Source of the DNA: Fidelibacterota bacterium
Lineage (GTDB): Bacteria > Fidelibacterota > UBA8477 > JABMPR01
DNA length: 64,000 nucleotides
Assembly (NCBI GenBank): GCA_016784545.1
Contig: JADHUM010000003.1
Span: 3,983-67,982, forward strand
Reading direction: 5' to 3'
Under the pieces are notes generated by a model, which saw only the letters and a list, made by a program, of their open reading frames with translations, was not told the DNA's origin and ran no database searches. Position numbers and translations under genes: made by a program. Within the stretch, counting starts at the first letter, position 1, and the number at the start of each line of letters is the position of its first letter. Positions 39,285 through 50,980 of this stretch are shown in pieces.

Positions 39285-41033
39285 TTATAAGACAATGGAC
39301 ATCTGTAAGCTGAGGGCAAGTTGTTTGGGGGAAACGGGGAATTCAAAGGAGCGAGTTTGAACCAATTTCAACTCGATGTGAAACCAATTGACCACCCCTT
39401 GTTTTAGATATAAGAACCATCGATCACCATCATCAAAAGCTGTATAAAAACCAAAGCTTTCTGCCACGCTGGTCTCATAAACACTTAATCTCATGGTGTA
39501 GTCCGGGATAGAAAATCTTACATAACCCAATGACCATTTCCAGCTACCCTTTTCGCAGGACAGGCGCTGTTGAATCAGGAAAGCTGACTCCGTTTGATGA
39601 AACGCAGATTTTATATTTAAACGATATTCAAAATGGGGTGAAAATATATGCGTAAGGGACAGCGCCCCCTTTGTTAGCGTGCGACTTGAAAACTGACCCG
39701 CCCAGATATCCCCTTCCAGAACTGGGCGCTCTTTTTTTTGACTAAAATCTATCTGCACAACCCCTTTATCCAGTTTCTGGAGGACCTGAAATTTGTGCTG
39801 CTGAATACTCCGGTAATCATGAGCAGATTGAAGCTCAATGGGATACCCACTATCGAGGGCATAGCGGATTTGCAGTTTATGCCAGGGACGGAGTTGAACA
39901 CGGACTGAGAGTCCCTCCTCATTCGATGCAGAAGTACCCAGGAGGGTTGAAATTGCCCCGGGGGCGAGGACTTCATCTGAGATAAAATGTCTATATTGAA
40001 GCGACACATGCAGTTCTGATGTAAGATAAGCCCAGGTGCCGATTACCCGGTGGTTCTTGAAATCAAGGCTATTTGTATAAAATTGTATCTTTTGGGAGCA
40101 CCCCAATTCACTTGCAAGTCCTAGCTCATAGGCGAGCCCTGCTTGCATATTGGGATTGTAAATGGTAGATCCATAAACCTGGAATCCTGTTGAGACTGTC
40201 TCCAAGGCCAATCCAATATCGTTTGCCCGTCTGTAATCATAGATTCTTCCAGCAGGGTGAATTCCATCTCCATCGATTGTGAATTGACTCCCATGCATGG
40301 TACCTTCAACTATTCGGCTGGAGATAAATGCTGCTCCATGAATTTCTCTAAACGAAAAGCAACTTGCAATCCCACGAAAATAATCAATCTCTCTACTTGA
40401 ATAATGAGGCCGGATTGTTGATTGCCTTGTGCGGAGGAGTGATCCTGGATGTAGACTTGGGCGCGATCCCTGCTGATTTAGAATTAATCCGCCACCCCAG
40501 TTTACATGAAAATCACCAAGAATGACATTGTCAAGCCTTGGAATAGATTGACTACTCAAGGTGATGATGGAATGGTCTGTTAAATCACGTTCACCCGGGT
40601 CTTGCTCACTAAGAATCGTTACTGATCCCCATCTATTCCATAAGCGACCTTTATTCAGAACACGCCAGCCATCCAGGGAGGGGGAATATTGTAAACGTTG
40701 TCGCAATTGGATTTGAGTCTGCTGAGATTCCTGTTTTATATCATTCTTCAAAAGGATTAAATCACTTCCATGGATTTTCCGCCGCAGAGAGGTGAGGCTA
40801 CCCCCACTCCCCTGCCAATTAAGAATTGTCTCAATTGCCTCAGGGGAATAACCATGCTCAACCAGAGCGTTGGTATCAGCCGTTTCAATTAAAAATGGTT
40901 GAAATATCGTAGTTAGTAATTGCTCCAGGTATTGCGTCTCATCAGGATCATCCAACTCGTTCTCCTCCAGGATTCCATGATACTGAGGATATGCAATCAG
41001 GGGGAGTATTAAGAAAGCAATGATCTGTCTCAT
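39285..41033 (-). CDS. Outer-membrane beta-barrel protein with a degenerate ComEA-like helix-hairpin-helix N-terminus
   Basis: PFLIETADTNALVEHGYSPEAIETIL resembles ComEA HhH; ILGDFHVNWGGGLIL, YFRGIA, RLSVYETSV motifs of the Bacteroidota HhH-barrel family. Confidence 0.55.
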   Translation of the reverse strand: MRQIIAFLILPLIAYPQYHGILEENELDDPDETQYLEQLLTTIFQPFLIETADTNALVEHGYSPEAIETILNWQGSGGSLTSLRRKIHGSDLILLKNDIKQESQQTQIQLRQRLQYSPSLDGWRVLNKGRLWNRWGSVTILSEQDPGERDLTDHSIITLSSQSIPRLDNVILGDFHVNWGGGLILNQQGSRPSLHPGSLLRTRQSTIRPHYSSREIDYFRGIASCFSFREIHGAAFISSRIVEGTMHGSQFTIDGDGIHPAGRIYDYRRANDIGLALETVSTGFQVYGSTIYNPNMQAGLAYELGLASELGCSQKIQFYTNSLDFKNHRVIGTWAYLTSELHVSLQYRHFISDEVLAPGAISTLLGTSASNEEGLSVRVQLRPWHKLQIRYALDSGYPIELQSAHDYRSIQQHKFQVLQKLDKGVVQIDFSQKKERPVLEGDIWAGQFSSRTLTKGALSLTHIFSPHFEYRLNIKSAFHQTESAFLIQQRLSCEKGSWKWSLGYVRFSIPDYTMRLSVYETSVAESFGFYTAFDDGDRWFLYLKQGVVNWFHIELKLVQTRSFEFPVSPKQLALSLQMSIVL

Positions 41034-41845
41034 GGAATCTCAAGTTCCAGGCCAAAACCATGTGACACAGGTAAATGGGGGTGCATTACACAGACATAGT
41101 GAAACGCAAAATTTCGTGTTCGAATTCGCCAACCAGCTGACATCATCCCGCTAAGATCTCTATACCCAACACCAATCTGCCAGAATGACCTGGAAGCAAG
41201 CTGCAATCCCAGACATGTCTCCAATGGCAGGGCAGACTCTTTCTCAAGGGCAATTGCAATTTTGGCCGGTCCAACCACATATTCCCCACCCATATGAAAT
41301 TTCTGGGGAAGTGATAGAACGTCCCCCCATTGAATGACATGTTCCATCACCGAGCCCACCTTGAGTTGATCAGATATTTCGGCATAAGAGCTCAAGGATA
41401 AGGATATGGCATACTGCGGAGTTATGCCTGACATGGAAAGATGATGATAGTTCAATGTCACTCCAACTCTATAACCCTTTTCAATGATCCAGGCTGAACC
41501 ATTGACAAGTTTTAGCTCAGAATAATGATCATCTCCGAAATACTCCAAATGGTGAATATACGGTCTTTGTTTGAATGAATTTTGAATGGTAACCGAGCCA
41601 GCCTGAAGACCCAGCGATTGAAATGGGTTTTGGTAGGAAAGAATAATTTGGGTGGATGGACTTATCACCATCAAAGCTGGATTTACTGCAGACTGATGAG
41701 GATGTTGTCCCAGAACCCGAATGTTCGCCGTCGCAGCTGGCCATCCCAGACCTATATACTCGAAGGCACCGAACACTGGAGGTATGCGTGATATGGCTGC
41801 AAAAAGCACAGCACATACACACATCATTTTTTTGATGTGAATCAT
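41030..41845 (-). CDS. Small outer-membrane beta-barrel protein (PorV/PorQ-like architecture)
   Basis: Signal peptide, VNPA motif, amphipathic strands, HPHLPVSHGFGLE C-terminus. Confidence 0.5.
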   Translation of the reverse strand: MIHIKKMMCVCAVLFAAISRIPPVFGAFEYIGLGWPAATANIRVLGQHPHQSAVNPALMVISPSTQIILSYQNPFQSLGLQAGSVTIQNSFKQRPYIHHLEYFGDDHYSELKLVNGSAWIIEKGYRVGVTLNYHHLSMSGITPQYAISLSLSSYAEISDQLKVGSVMEHVIQWGDVLSLPQKFHMGGEYVVGPAKIAIALEKESALPLETCLGLQLASRSFWQIGVGYRDLSGMMSAGWRIRTRNFAFHYVCVMHPHLPVSHGFGLELEIP

Positions 41846-41947
41846 GATTTTTCCAACTTTTGACTTTGAGGATTGTTTTTAAAGTGTAGGCTATATTAAT
41901 GTATAAATCGGCGTGTGGCAACCACTTTCAATGGAGGAATATAAACT

Positions 41948-42199
41948 ATGATCCAAACTTTTTCGAGAGAGATGAAGGACGAACTCATCCAGCAAATTAA
42001 AACCTATTTTCTAAATGAATTGAGTCAGGAATTAGGCAACTTTGAGGCAGAATTCCTGCTGGATTTTTTTAGTGAAAATATTGGTCCACACTATTACAAT
42101 CAGGCTATCCATGATGTTCAGAAACATCTCTCCGGATATGTTGATACACTCAATGAACGTATCGACGAGCTCGAAAAGCCCCTACCTGAATCTGCTTAG
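41948..42199 (+). CDS. DUF2164-like protein
   Basis: ELGNFEAEFLLDFFSENIGPHYYNQA signature; GGAGG RBS. Confidence 0.85.
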   Translation: MIQTFSREMKDELIQQIKTYFLNELSQELGNFEAEFLLDFFSENIGPHYYNQAIHDVQKHLSGYVDTLNERIDELEKPLPESA

Positions 42200-44070
42200 C
42201 GATAAACCAGGGTAAAGTAGACCTTGGGGAGTAGATATTCCCTGTCACCATCTTTCACGGATAAAAAACGCGCATCTCCCCTCAGGTGAAGGCGTTTGCC
42301 CAATCGATAATTTACACCCATCAAAGGTCCCTGACCTTGCCAATGATCGCTATCTCGAGAGGCAGTGGCGTAGTTGATGTCCCTTTGATGAGTCAGGTAC
42401 CCGAACCAACCTTCCCAGCCCCTATAGCTGTAATTAAGCTCCAGACTCAATTCGGATTGCTCTCTGCTGCTATTGACTTCCTGAATGAAAACATCCCATT
42501 TCAGTTTGCCTTCATCCTCCCAACGAAAAGCTGCCTTCGAACTAATTGACCAGCGTCGTCCAAAATTATATTTTAATTTTTTTGTAAGTTCCAGAGATCT
42601 GTGAACAAAACTGCGAGAGGGCTGGTCCAGCTCAATAAACAGGTCATCGTAATCATAGTCAAAATAATTGCTCCGTATGCGTGCGCGACCCCCTCCTGAC
42701 CACTTGTGCCTACGCCAGGTTACTCCTGACCATAAGACCAGATTACGGTTCCAATGATTTTCAGAACTTCGGGTATTGAAGAGATAAATGAGGTGGAATA
42801 ACCCCAACTTGGTGCCCAACTCAAGTCTATAAAATGGAGAGGGCTCCCAAATTGTCCTGATTTCTGTGTTTAGCCGCCACTCATCTCTATCATCATCATT
42901 GGTTGTATCTGGCGTATCATACTCAAGTCTTGAAAGAGAGGATATCCATATGAGTGTGTCCAAAGGTCCCACCTTTTGCCAAAGCAGAGACTCCTTCAGT
43001 TGGTAAAGAATCTGGGTATAATCAACATAGTATTTATTCTGAGAATTCTCAATTTTGAATGCCGTCAAAGTTGAAAAGTTGGGATTGTTCAACTCAAGCG
43101 AGGTTTCGTTTAACAGCGAAAATCGTTTCCTATCCTCACTTGACAAGTTAAGAGTTGATGTTTGATCAACTCGTTTTCGACTGATCTTTGTCAACTGGTC
43201 TCCCCAATCCAGGCGATGAGAGAGGTGGAGGTTTTTTCCCAGGTGATAGGTGAACATATTCTGCCAATTCAGGTTTTCATTATTCCTGGACTGAGAACTT
43301 CCCAGTGAGTCAGTAAAAAATGCCTGCAATCGTGCTTCTCTGTAAATTGAAGTTTGAAAAGTGGAAATATCACCAAAGCGAACGTGGTACTCTCCCCGGG
43401 CATTCAGGGTGTGATTCAAATGCTCGGTTAATTGATCCCGGGATCCATTAATATTGATTAATGATCGCTGCCCTGGAGATTGCCAGGACTTGCCCAGATC
43501 CAGCTCAGTCGTCCACCCTTTATCAACAATCCCGTAACGCTCTACGGACCTACCGCCAACGAATAGGGACAGATTATCATTGTGCTTCAAACCAGCGAGT
43601 AAAGCCCAATTGTCAATGGATGATGCCAGACCAGTGCGATGATCCTGATGTTGGCCACTCTCCAGACGAATACTCTTACCACGATTTTCACCCCATGAAA
43701 AATCACCACGTAGTCGATGCTCTATGGAATATTGTTTGTCATCCGAGAGGTCACTATCATATGAGAATACTTTGTACTTGAGTACATCGTTGATCTGGAT
43801 ATCGCTATTCGAAAAATGTTGCTTATAATTGAGTTGAAAATCGTTATTGGTGGAGAGATTATCCTGACGAAAAATATAGGCTAGCGAATCTCTACCCTCA
43901 GCTACCAAGCTACCATGTAAGAGCACACCCAGGACAAGGGTGGTTAATAAGTCCCAAAAAAAGGGAAGCAGGTTGTGAGTTGTATTTAATAGCGATGAGG
44001 ATAGACCGGGCTTGTCAATTTCAGCCTCGAAGCCACTCCTCTGGGAAGTATGATATTGCCAGATCAGCAA
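42196..44070 (-). CDS. Hypothetical outer-membrane beta-barrel protein (start uncertain)
   Basis: Long ORF with alternating aromatic strands, YDTPD...DDRDE motif, C-terminal YFTLVYR. Confidence 0.55.
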   Translation of the reverse strand: MLIWQYHTSQRSGFEAEIDKPGLSSSLLNTTHNLLPFFWDLLTTLVLGVLLHGSLVAEGRDSLAYIFRQDNLSTNNDFQLNYKQHFSNSDIQINDVLKYKVFSYDSDLSDDKQYSIEHRLRGDFSWGENRGKSIRLESGQHQDHRTGLASSIDNWALLAGLKHNDNLSLFVGGRSVERYGIVDKGWTTELDLGKSWQSPGQRSLININGSRDQLTEHLNHTLNARGEYHVRFGDISTFQTSIYREARLQAFFTDSLGSSQSRNNENLNWQNMFTYHLGKNLHLSHRLDWGDQLTKISRKRVDQTSTLNLSSEDRKRFSLLNETSLELNNPNFSTLTAFKIENSQNKYYVDYTQILYQLKESLLWQKVGPLDTLIWISSLSRLEYDTPDTTNDDDRDEWRLNTEIRTIWEPSPFYRLELGTKLGLFHLIYLFNTRSSENHWNRNLVLWSGVTWRRHKWSGGGRARIRSNYFDYDYDDLFIELDQPSRSFVHRSLELTKKLKYNFGRRWSISSKAAFRWEDEGKLKWDVFIQEVNSSREQSELSLELNYSYRGWEGWFGYLTHQRDINYATASRDSDHWQGQGPLMGVNYRLGKRLHLRGDARFLSVKDGDREYLLPKVYFTLVYR

Positions 44071-44129
44071 TCAATTCTCATGCTTTATGAGACGTACGAA
44101 TTTCGAACTCTGCTTGCAGGGTGATCCAT

Positions 44130-44492
44130 TTACCTGGTTTCGCCTTGTTTTTTGGTTTCGGTAACAACATGGAACACCTTTTCACCTGGTTTCGCCATAC
44201 GAAATCTCTCCCGGGCGATGCGCTCCAGATAGTCTGGATCGTTTAATAAACGGTCACGCTCACTCTCTAACTCGGCCTTCTCAATTTCCAGGCGAGAAAT
44301 ATGTGCTTCCATATCCCTGATTTCCTGCTTGAGCTGGAGGAGACTGTAGAGTCCTTCGTCTCTCATCACGAAGATCTGGAACAAAATCAATAAAATAATG
44401 GCTCCTGATATCCAGGCGACTTTATTTCCGAATATACCTCCCGAATTTCGGGAAGAGCGACTTGTTGTTGAGCGTGACCCTCTATTTGCCAT
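44130..44492 (-). CDS. Septum formation initiator FtsB/DivIC
   Basis: TM helix, coiled coil, YLERIARERFRMAKPGE; downstream of eno. Confidence 0.88.
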   Translation of the reverse strand: MANRGSRSTTSRSSRNSGGIFGNKVAWISGAIILLILFQIFVMRDEGLYSLLQLKQEIRDMEAHISRLEIEKAELESERDRLLNDPDYLERIARERFRMAKPGEKVFHVVTETKKQGETR

Positions 44493-44500
44493 GTGAATCC

Positions 44501-45811
<1,311 letters not shown>

Positions 45812-45876
45812 TTATGGGGTAATTAATAGTGTTCAGTGCAGTACTCATCGGCTTACAATGTAATCTAAAAGCATTG

Positions 45877-45987
45877 GGTCTGAAAGCGTGAGAGTTGAAA
45901 GTATGAAAACTCAGTTTCATTAACATCAGATACGAACCGGTGACAATCGCTCAGCTCGGTTACAAACCATTTCTCATACTTCAGACC
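45877..45987. repeat. Multi-stem inverted-repeat structure between eno and the K+ channel gene
   Basis: GGTCTGAAAGCGTGAGA pairs with TCTCATACTTCAGACC; inner ATGAAA/TTTCAT and AACCG/CGGTT stems. Confidence 0.5.
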
Positions 45988-46046
45988 TGTCAGTGGTGAA
46001 CAGGAATTTTGATAGCCTTCAGCACTTGCAAAAACTATTATAAAGC

Positions 46047-47039
46047 ATGCTGGACACTAAACTTTCACATTTAATCCTGAGTATGCTGAGCATTATCCTT
46101 TTTGGGACCACTGGTTATGTGATTATTGAGCATGTCGGATGGTTTGATGCCTTCTATATGACGGCTATTACCCTGGCTACAGTAGGATTTCAAGAGGTCT
46201 GGGAGATGTCTGATCTTGGTCATCTCTGGACCATTGTTATTATGTTTTCAGGAATTGGTATGTTCTTCCTGATCGCTGGTCATATTGCAACGCAAGCGGT
46301 GGATCTCAAACGTTACAGGAGGTTTCGCATGGCGAAACGAGTTAAAAAATTAAACGAACACTTCATTCTGTGCGGCTATGGACGCATGGGACAAGCCATT
46401 GCCAGAGAGCTACTAAGCGCAGGTAAAAGTTTTGTAGTGATTGAAAAAGATGAAGATAAAATTGCTACCCTCATACAAAATGATATTGTCCTTGTAGAAG
46501 GAGATGCAACGCGGGACGAGGTCCTGTTGAATGCGGGAATTGAAAAAGCCACCACGCTTATTGGCGTTTTGAGAGATGATCAGGACAATCTGTTTTTAAC
46601 CCTCTCGGCCAGAAGTTTGAGGAACGATCTTTTAATTCTAACCAGAGCTGCAGTTCCGGCATCTATTGCTAAGATGACCCGGGCGGGTGCAAACCATGTG
46701 ATCAACCCCTATGAAGCAGCAGGAACAAAATTGGCGCGGCAGGCTATGGCCCCAGGTGTTGTCGATTTCATCGAACTCATCATGAATAGAGGGAATCTTG
46801 ACCTGGTCCTGGAAACCATCATCATTGAAGCAAACTCCCGCGCGGAAGGCAAATCACTCATCGATCTTGAAGTCCGCAAAAATCATGATATCATCATCAC
46901 CGCCGTTGAACAACGCACTGGTGAGGCGAACTTTAATCCTGATCCCAACTATAAGTTGAATGTCGATGATAAATTAATCGCCCTGGGCTCAAAGGAAAAT
47001 CTCATTGGCTTTGAGAAACTTTGTGAGGCTTTGATTTAA
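46047..47039 (+). CDS. Potassium channel with TrkA-N/TrkA-C (RCK) domains
   Basis: DAFYMTAITLATVGF pore helix, ILCGYGRMG, GDAT. Confidence 0.92.
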   Translation: MLDTKLSHLILSMLSIILFGTTGYVIIEHVGWFDAFYMTAITLATVGFQEVWEMSDLGHLWTIVIMFSGIGMFFLIAGHIATQAVDLKRYRRFRMAKRVKKLNEHFILCGYGRMGQAIARELLSAGKSFVVIEKDEDKIATLIQNDIVLVEGDATRDEVLLNAGIEKATTLIGVLRDDQDNLFLTLSARSLRNDLLILTRAAVPASIAKMTRAGANHVINPYEAAGTKLARQAMAPGVVDFIELIMNRGNLDLVLETIIIEANSRAEGKSLIDLEVRKNHDIIITAVEQRTGEANFNPDPNYKLNVDDKLIALGSKENLIGFEKLCEALI

Positions 47040-47131
47040 AGTTGCAGAGACATACTTGAGGGTCGTCCGCAGATCAACAAATCGCTGATAATTTTAAATT
47101 GTAAATAAATAAGATGAATTAGGAAAAAAGA

Positions 47132-48232
47132 ATGGCTTTAACCTGTGGAATTGTTGGACTACCAAACGTCGGTAAATCAACGGTTTTTAATGCGCTAACC
47201 GCTTCGGATATCCCTGCTGAAAATTATCCCTTTTGCACCATCGACCCCAATGTGGGTATTGTGCCAATCCCTGATGATAAGTTGCAGGCATTGGCAAGGA
47301 TATATGAACCAGAAAAGACCACCCCTGCTGTTATGGAATTTGTTGATATTGCTGGTTTGGTAAGGGGAGCCAGCAAAGGGGAGGGTCTGGGGAATCAGTT
47401 TCTGGGACACATTCGAGAGGTGACGGCAATCGTCCATGTCGTTCGCTGTTTCGAAGATGACAACGTCACCCATGTGGAGGGTTCTATTGACCCCATCAGA
47501 GACATTGAAACCATTGAAAGTGAACTGATCATCAAGGACCTTGATTCTGTTGAAAAACAGCTTCATCGTGTTACAAAACTCGCTCGATCAGGTGATAAAG
47601 GTGCCAAAGCGGATGAAGCATTACTCACCAAAATCAGAGAGCACCTCGACGAAATCAACCCCGTTCGGAGCATGGATCTGGAAGCGGATGAAACCACTCG
47701 AACCAAGAGCTACTTTTTACTCACCATGAAACCCATACTCTATGTGGCAAATGTGGATGAAAATGAAATTTTGGCTGAAAAACGTAGTTCTCTGACCCAG
47801 CGTTTGTTCGATTATGCAGAAGCCACTGGAGCCGGAGCTTTACGTCTCTGCGGCAAGCTTGAGCAAGAGATCGCCATATTGGACGAAGCGGAAAAACTTG
47901 ATTTTTGTGAGGAATACGGTCTGGCTGAACCTGGTCTCAATAAACTGATCCATCGGGCATACGACCTATTGCATCTCCAATCATTTTATACAGCCGGCCC
48001 TAAAGAAGTGAGAGCCTGGACCATCAAAAAGGGTTCAACCGCACCCAAAGCTGCTGCTGAAATTCATACTGATTTCGAGAAGGGTTTCATCAAAGCGGCC
48101 ATCTTCAAGTTCGATGATCTTATGATTCATGGTTCTGAGAAGGTGCTGAAGGAAAAGGGTCTAATATCCTTACAGGGCAAGGAGTATATTGTTCAAGAAG
48201 GTGACTGCATCTACTTCCACTTTAATGTATAA
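47132..48232 (+). CDS. ychF: Redox-regulated ATPase YchF
   Basis: [28 protein letters not shown]. Confidence 0.97.
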   Translation: MALTCGIVGLPNVGKSTVFNALTASDIPAENYPFCTIDPNVGIVPIPDDKLQALARIYEPEKTTPAVMEFVDIAGLVRGASKGEGLGNQFLGHIREVTAIVHVVRCFEDDNVTHVEGSIDPIRDIETIESELIIKDLDSVEKQLHRVTKLARSGDKGAKADEALLTKIREHLDEINPVRSMDLEADETTRTKSYFLLTMKPILYVANVDENEILAEKRSSLTQRLFDYAEATGAGALRLCGKLEQEIAILDEAEKLDFCEEYGLAEPGLNKLIHRAYDLLHLQSFYTAGPKEVRAWTIKKGSTAPKAAAEIHTDFEKGFIKAAIFKFDDLMIHGSEKVLKEKGLISLQGKEYIVQEGDCIYFHFNV

Positions 48233-48248
48233 TTAAGGCAAGCGCTGC

Positions 48249-49049
48249 ATGCCCAAACTGGATCAAATATCAATTTACCCTATCAAATCCTGCTCTGGAA
48301 TTAATCTCCAAACCAGTGAGGTACTGGATCGTGGGTTTCCCCTGGACAGAAGATGGCTGCTGGTTGACCAGGGGGGTCAGTTTATCTCTCAACGTACAAC
48401 TCCTCTGCTGGGTCAGATCAGAATCTCTCTAAATGGTGACCAGCTCCTTGTGAACTACCCTGGTAAATCCCCACTCAACCTGAACTTGAATGTTCAAAGT
48501 AATATTCGGCACAAGGCCATGATCTGGAAGGATAAGGTAGATGGTTTATGGGTAGACCAGGAATGTGATGCCTGGTTTAGTGATGTGTTGGGACGAGAGG
48601 TTCAACTCATCCATATGAATGAAAAAGTCCATCGACCTCTGACAAAAGATAGTCTCCCACAGGATCGCTTGTTTGAAGTCAGTTTTGCCGATGGATATCC
48701 CTACCTTCTGACTTCCCAGGCATCCCTTGATGACCTCAATAGCCGACTTACAAACCCTGTTCCCATGGATAGATTTCGAGCCAATCTGGTGGTGAGTGGA
48801 TTTGAGGCATTTGCTGAAGATTCATGGAAAAGGATCAGTATCGGTGAAGTCGAGCTTATGGTGGTAAAACCCTGTGCTCGCTGCCAAGTCACAACAATCG
48901 ATCAACAGACAGGCACTTCCTCCAAAGAACCTTTAAAAACCCTGGCGACCTATCGAAAGCAAGATGGGAAGGTCATGTTCGGCATGAATCTCGTTGCCCT
49001 GACTACAGGGACTGTAAATCTAAATGACCCCATTTTAATAATTGGATGA
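48249..49049 (+). CDS. MOSC domain protein (YcbX-like)
   Basis: IYPIKSC, DRRW, FADGYP, RFRANLVV, KPCARC. Confidence 0.92.
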   Translation: MPKLDQISIYPIKSCSGINLQTSEVLDRGFPLDRRWLLVDQGGQFISQRTTPLLGQIRISLNGDQLLVNYPGKSPLNLNLNVQSNIRHKAMIWKDKVDGLWVDQECDAWFSDVLGREVQLIHMNEKVHRPLTKDSLPQDRLFEVSFADGYPYLLTSQASLDDLNSRLTNPVPMDRFRANLVVSGFEAFAEDSWKRISIGEVELMVVKPCARCQVTTIDQQTGTSSKEPLKTLATYRKQDGKVMFGMNLVALTTGTVNLNDPILIIG

Positions 49050-49807
49050 GACTCCATTACCGAAAATATGGAAAGGGCGAGCCCCTTATCATATTACACG
49101 GTCTTTTTGGGTCGTCAGATAACTGGCACACCCTGGCCCGCCGATGGGGACAAACATTTCAAGTTTTCACTTTGGATCAGCGGAACCATGGCAGCTCACC
49201 TCATGAATCAGCCATGGATTATACAGAGCTGGCCCGGGACCTCCATCAATTCATCGCTCAGGAACGACTGGAACATGTCCATATTGTGGGACACTCTATG
49301 GGGGGTAAGGTTGGGATGCTCTTTGCCTCCACCTATCCAGATCTGGTCAGGAGTTTAACGGTTCTGGATATTGGGATTGATCGTGTCGAAGGGAAACATG
49401 AGTTCATTCTAAAAGCATTATCATCAATTAATCCTGAGGAGTTTTCAGCTCGAGAGGAAATCAAAGAGGAGCTTCAAACCCTTATTGAGTCATCCCCTAT
49501 TCAACAATTTCTACTTAAAAACATCCTGAGGAGACTTGATGGTAGTCTGGGCTGGAAATTCAATCGAGATGCACTCCTGGAGCATTATGAGGACTTGACC
49601 TCAAGCCTGGATCTCAGCCAGCCCTTCATTGGTTCAGTTCTTTTTCTCCGGGGTGAAAATTCAGATTATCTGGAACCAGAGCTCTCTCCTGAAATTCTAC
49701 AATATTTTCCACTTGCACAATTGCAAACAATAGAAGGCGCCGGGCATTGGTTGCATGCAGACAAAGCTGATGAGTTGTTCGCATTGGTTGCAGATTTTAT
49801 CAGTTGA
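49046..49807 (+). CDS. Alpha/beta hydrolase (YbfF-like esterase)
   Basis: LHGLFGSSDNW, DQRNHG, GHSMGGK, AGHWLHA. Confidence 0.92.
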   Translation: MRLHYRKYGKGEPLIILHGLFGSSDNWHTLARRWGQTFQVFTLDQRNHGSSPHESAMDYTELARDLHQFIAQERLEHVHIVGHSMGGKVGMLFASTYPDLVRSLTVLDIGIDRVEGKHEFILKALSSINPEEFSAREEIKEELQTLIESSPIQQFLLKNILRRLDGSLGWKFNRDALLEHYEDLTSSLDLSQPFIGSVLFLRGENSDYLEPELSPEILQYFPLAQLQTIEGAGHWLHADKADELFALVADFIS

Positions 49808-49884
49808 TTGTCATCACTCCCTCCTGCATATTTTATGCACAAATATTTGTTATTTTTTTTAGCACTCTATAAGCGAGAGAAATT

Positions 49885-50586
49885 ATGAGAAAAGTTTTTA
49901 GCTCAATTGGCATAAGTATTGGCCTGGTCCTCATCACCGCTATCGTTTTCAACTGTGGTCCCACCCCGAAAGCGGCACCAGAGGTTATTGTTGATCCCTT
50001 GCGTTTTTCTGATGTAGTGGCAGGTTATAAATCTGCAGATTCCTTAAATAAGCCTCGCCCCAATTCCATCCTTTTCGTAGGTAGTTCGAGTATCCACGGC
50101 TGGAAATCTTTGGTATCAGATTTTCCCGAAGTCAATGCTGTGAATCGTGGCATGGGCGGCTCTCACATGTCAGACCTGATCTATTATCTGGATGATATTG
50201 TTTTCCCCTACCACCTCAATGCTATTTTGGTGTATGAAGGCGACAATGATATCGCCTCAGGTAAAACCCCTGAGAAGGTTCTCAGTGACTACAATATTTT
50301 TGTGTCAAGGGTTCTGGAAAAATGGCCCAAGATGCCCATCTTTTTCATCTCAATTAAACCGAGTTTGGCCCGTATCAAACACATGGAAAACATGGCCAAA
50401 GCCAACGCACTTATCAAAGCACGGACAGAAGAGACTAAAAATCTATACTATATTGATGTGTTTACACCCATGCTGGGAGAGGATGGAACTCCTCGGATAG
50501 ATATTTTTGGACATGATGGTTTGCATATGAATGAAGTTGGCTATGCGTTGTGGACAGAAGTGATTAAAGAGGAATTGGGACTATAA
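49885..50586 (+). CDS. GDSL/SGNH hydrolase lipoprotein
   Basis: FVGSSSI, NRGMGGS, YEGDNDI, DGLHMN. Confidence 0.9.
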   Translation: MRKVFSSIGISIGLVLITAIVFNCGPTPKAAPEVIVDPLRFSDVVAGYKSADSLNKPRPNSILFVGSSSIHGWKSLVSDFPEVNAVNRGMGGSHMSDLIYYLDDIVFPYHLNAILVYEGDNDIASGKTPEKVLSDYNIFVSRVLEKWPKMPIFFISIKPSLARIKHMENMAKANALIKARTEETKNLYYIDVFTPMLGEDGTPRIDIFGHDGLHMNEVGYALWTEVIKEELGL

Positions 50587-50592
50587 GTCGAT

Positions 50593-50653
50593 GAGTTGAT
50601 GAGTTGATGAGTTATTGAGTTATTGAGTTATTGAGTTATTGAGTTATTGAGTT
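50593..50653 (+). repeat. Octamer tandem repeat (GAGTTGAT)2(GAGTTATT)5
   Basis: Read directly; begins just after the GDSL gene stop. Confidence 0.95.
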
Positions 50654-50717
50654 TAATGTGGAGATGCTTTGTGCGATGAGGAGTAACAACTTCAGGAGCA
50701 ACACAATATTGTGAGAA

Positions 50718-50976
50718 TAACATCTAACTTCTAATTTTTAACTTCTAACTTCTAACTTCTAACTTTTAACTTTTAACTTTTAACTTTTAACTTTTAACTT
50801 TTAACTTTTAACTATTAACTATTAACTATTAACTATTAACTATTAACTATTAACTATTAACTATTAACTATTAACTATTAACTTCTAACTTCTAACTTCT
50901 AACTTCTAACTTCTAACTTCTAACTTCTAACTTCTAACTTCTAACTTTTAACTTTTAACTATTAACTTCTAACTTC
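50718..50976 (+). repeat. Heptamer tandem array, 37 units of TAACTTC/TAACTTT/TAACTAT
   Basis: 259 bp in strict 7-nt register; abuts the stop of the minus-strand YjbQ-like gene. Confidence 0.97.
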
Positions 50977-50980
50977 TAAA

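Noticed and set aside
44071..44130. Selenocysteine read-through of the TGA just before the 42196-44070 ORF
   Set aside because: No redox motif context, no plausible upstream start and no recognisable SECIS; the true start is probably further downstream.
50587..50980. CRISPR array
   Set aside because: Units are 7-8 nt with no unique spacers, and there are no cas genes.
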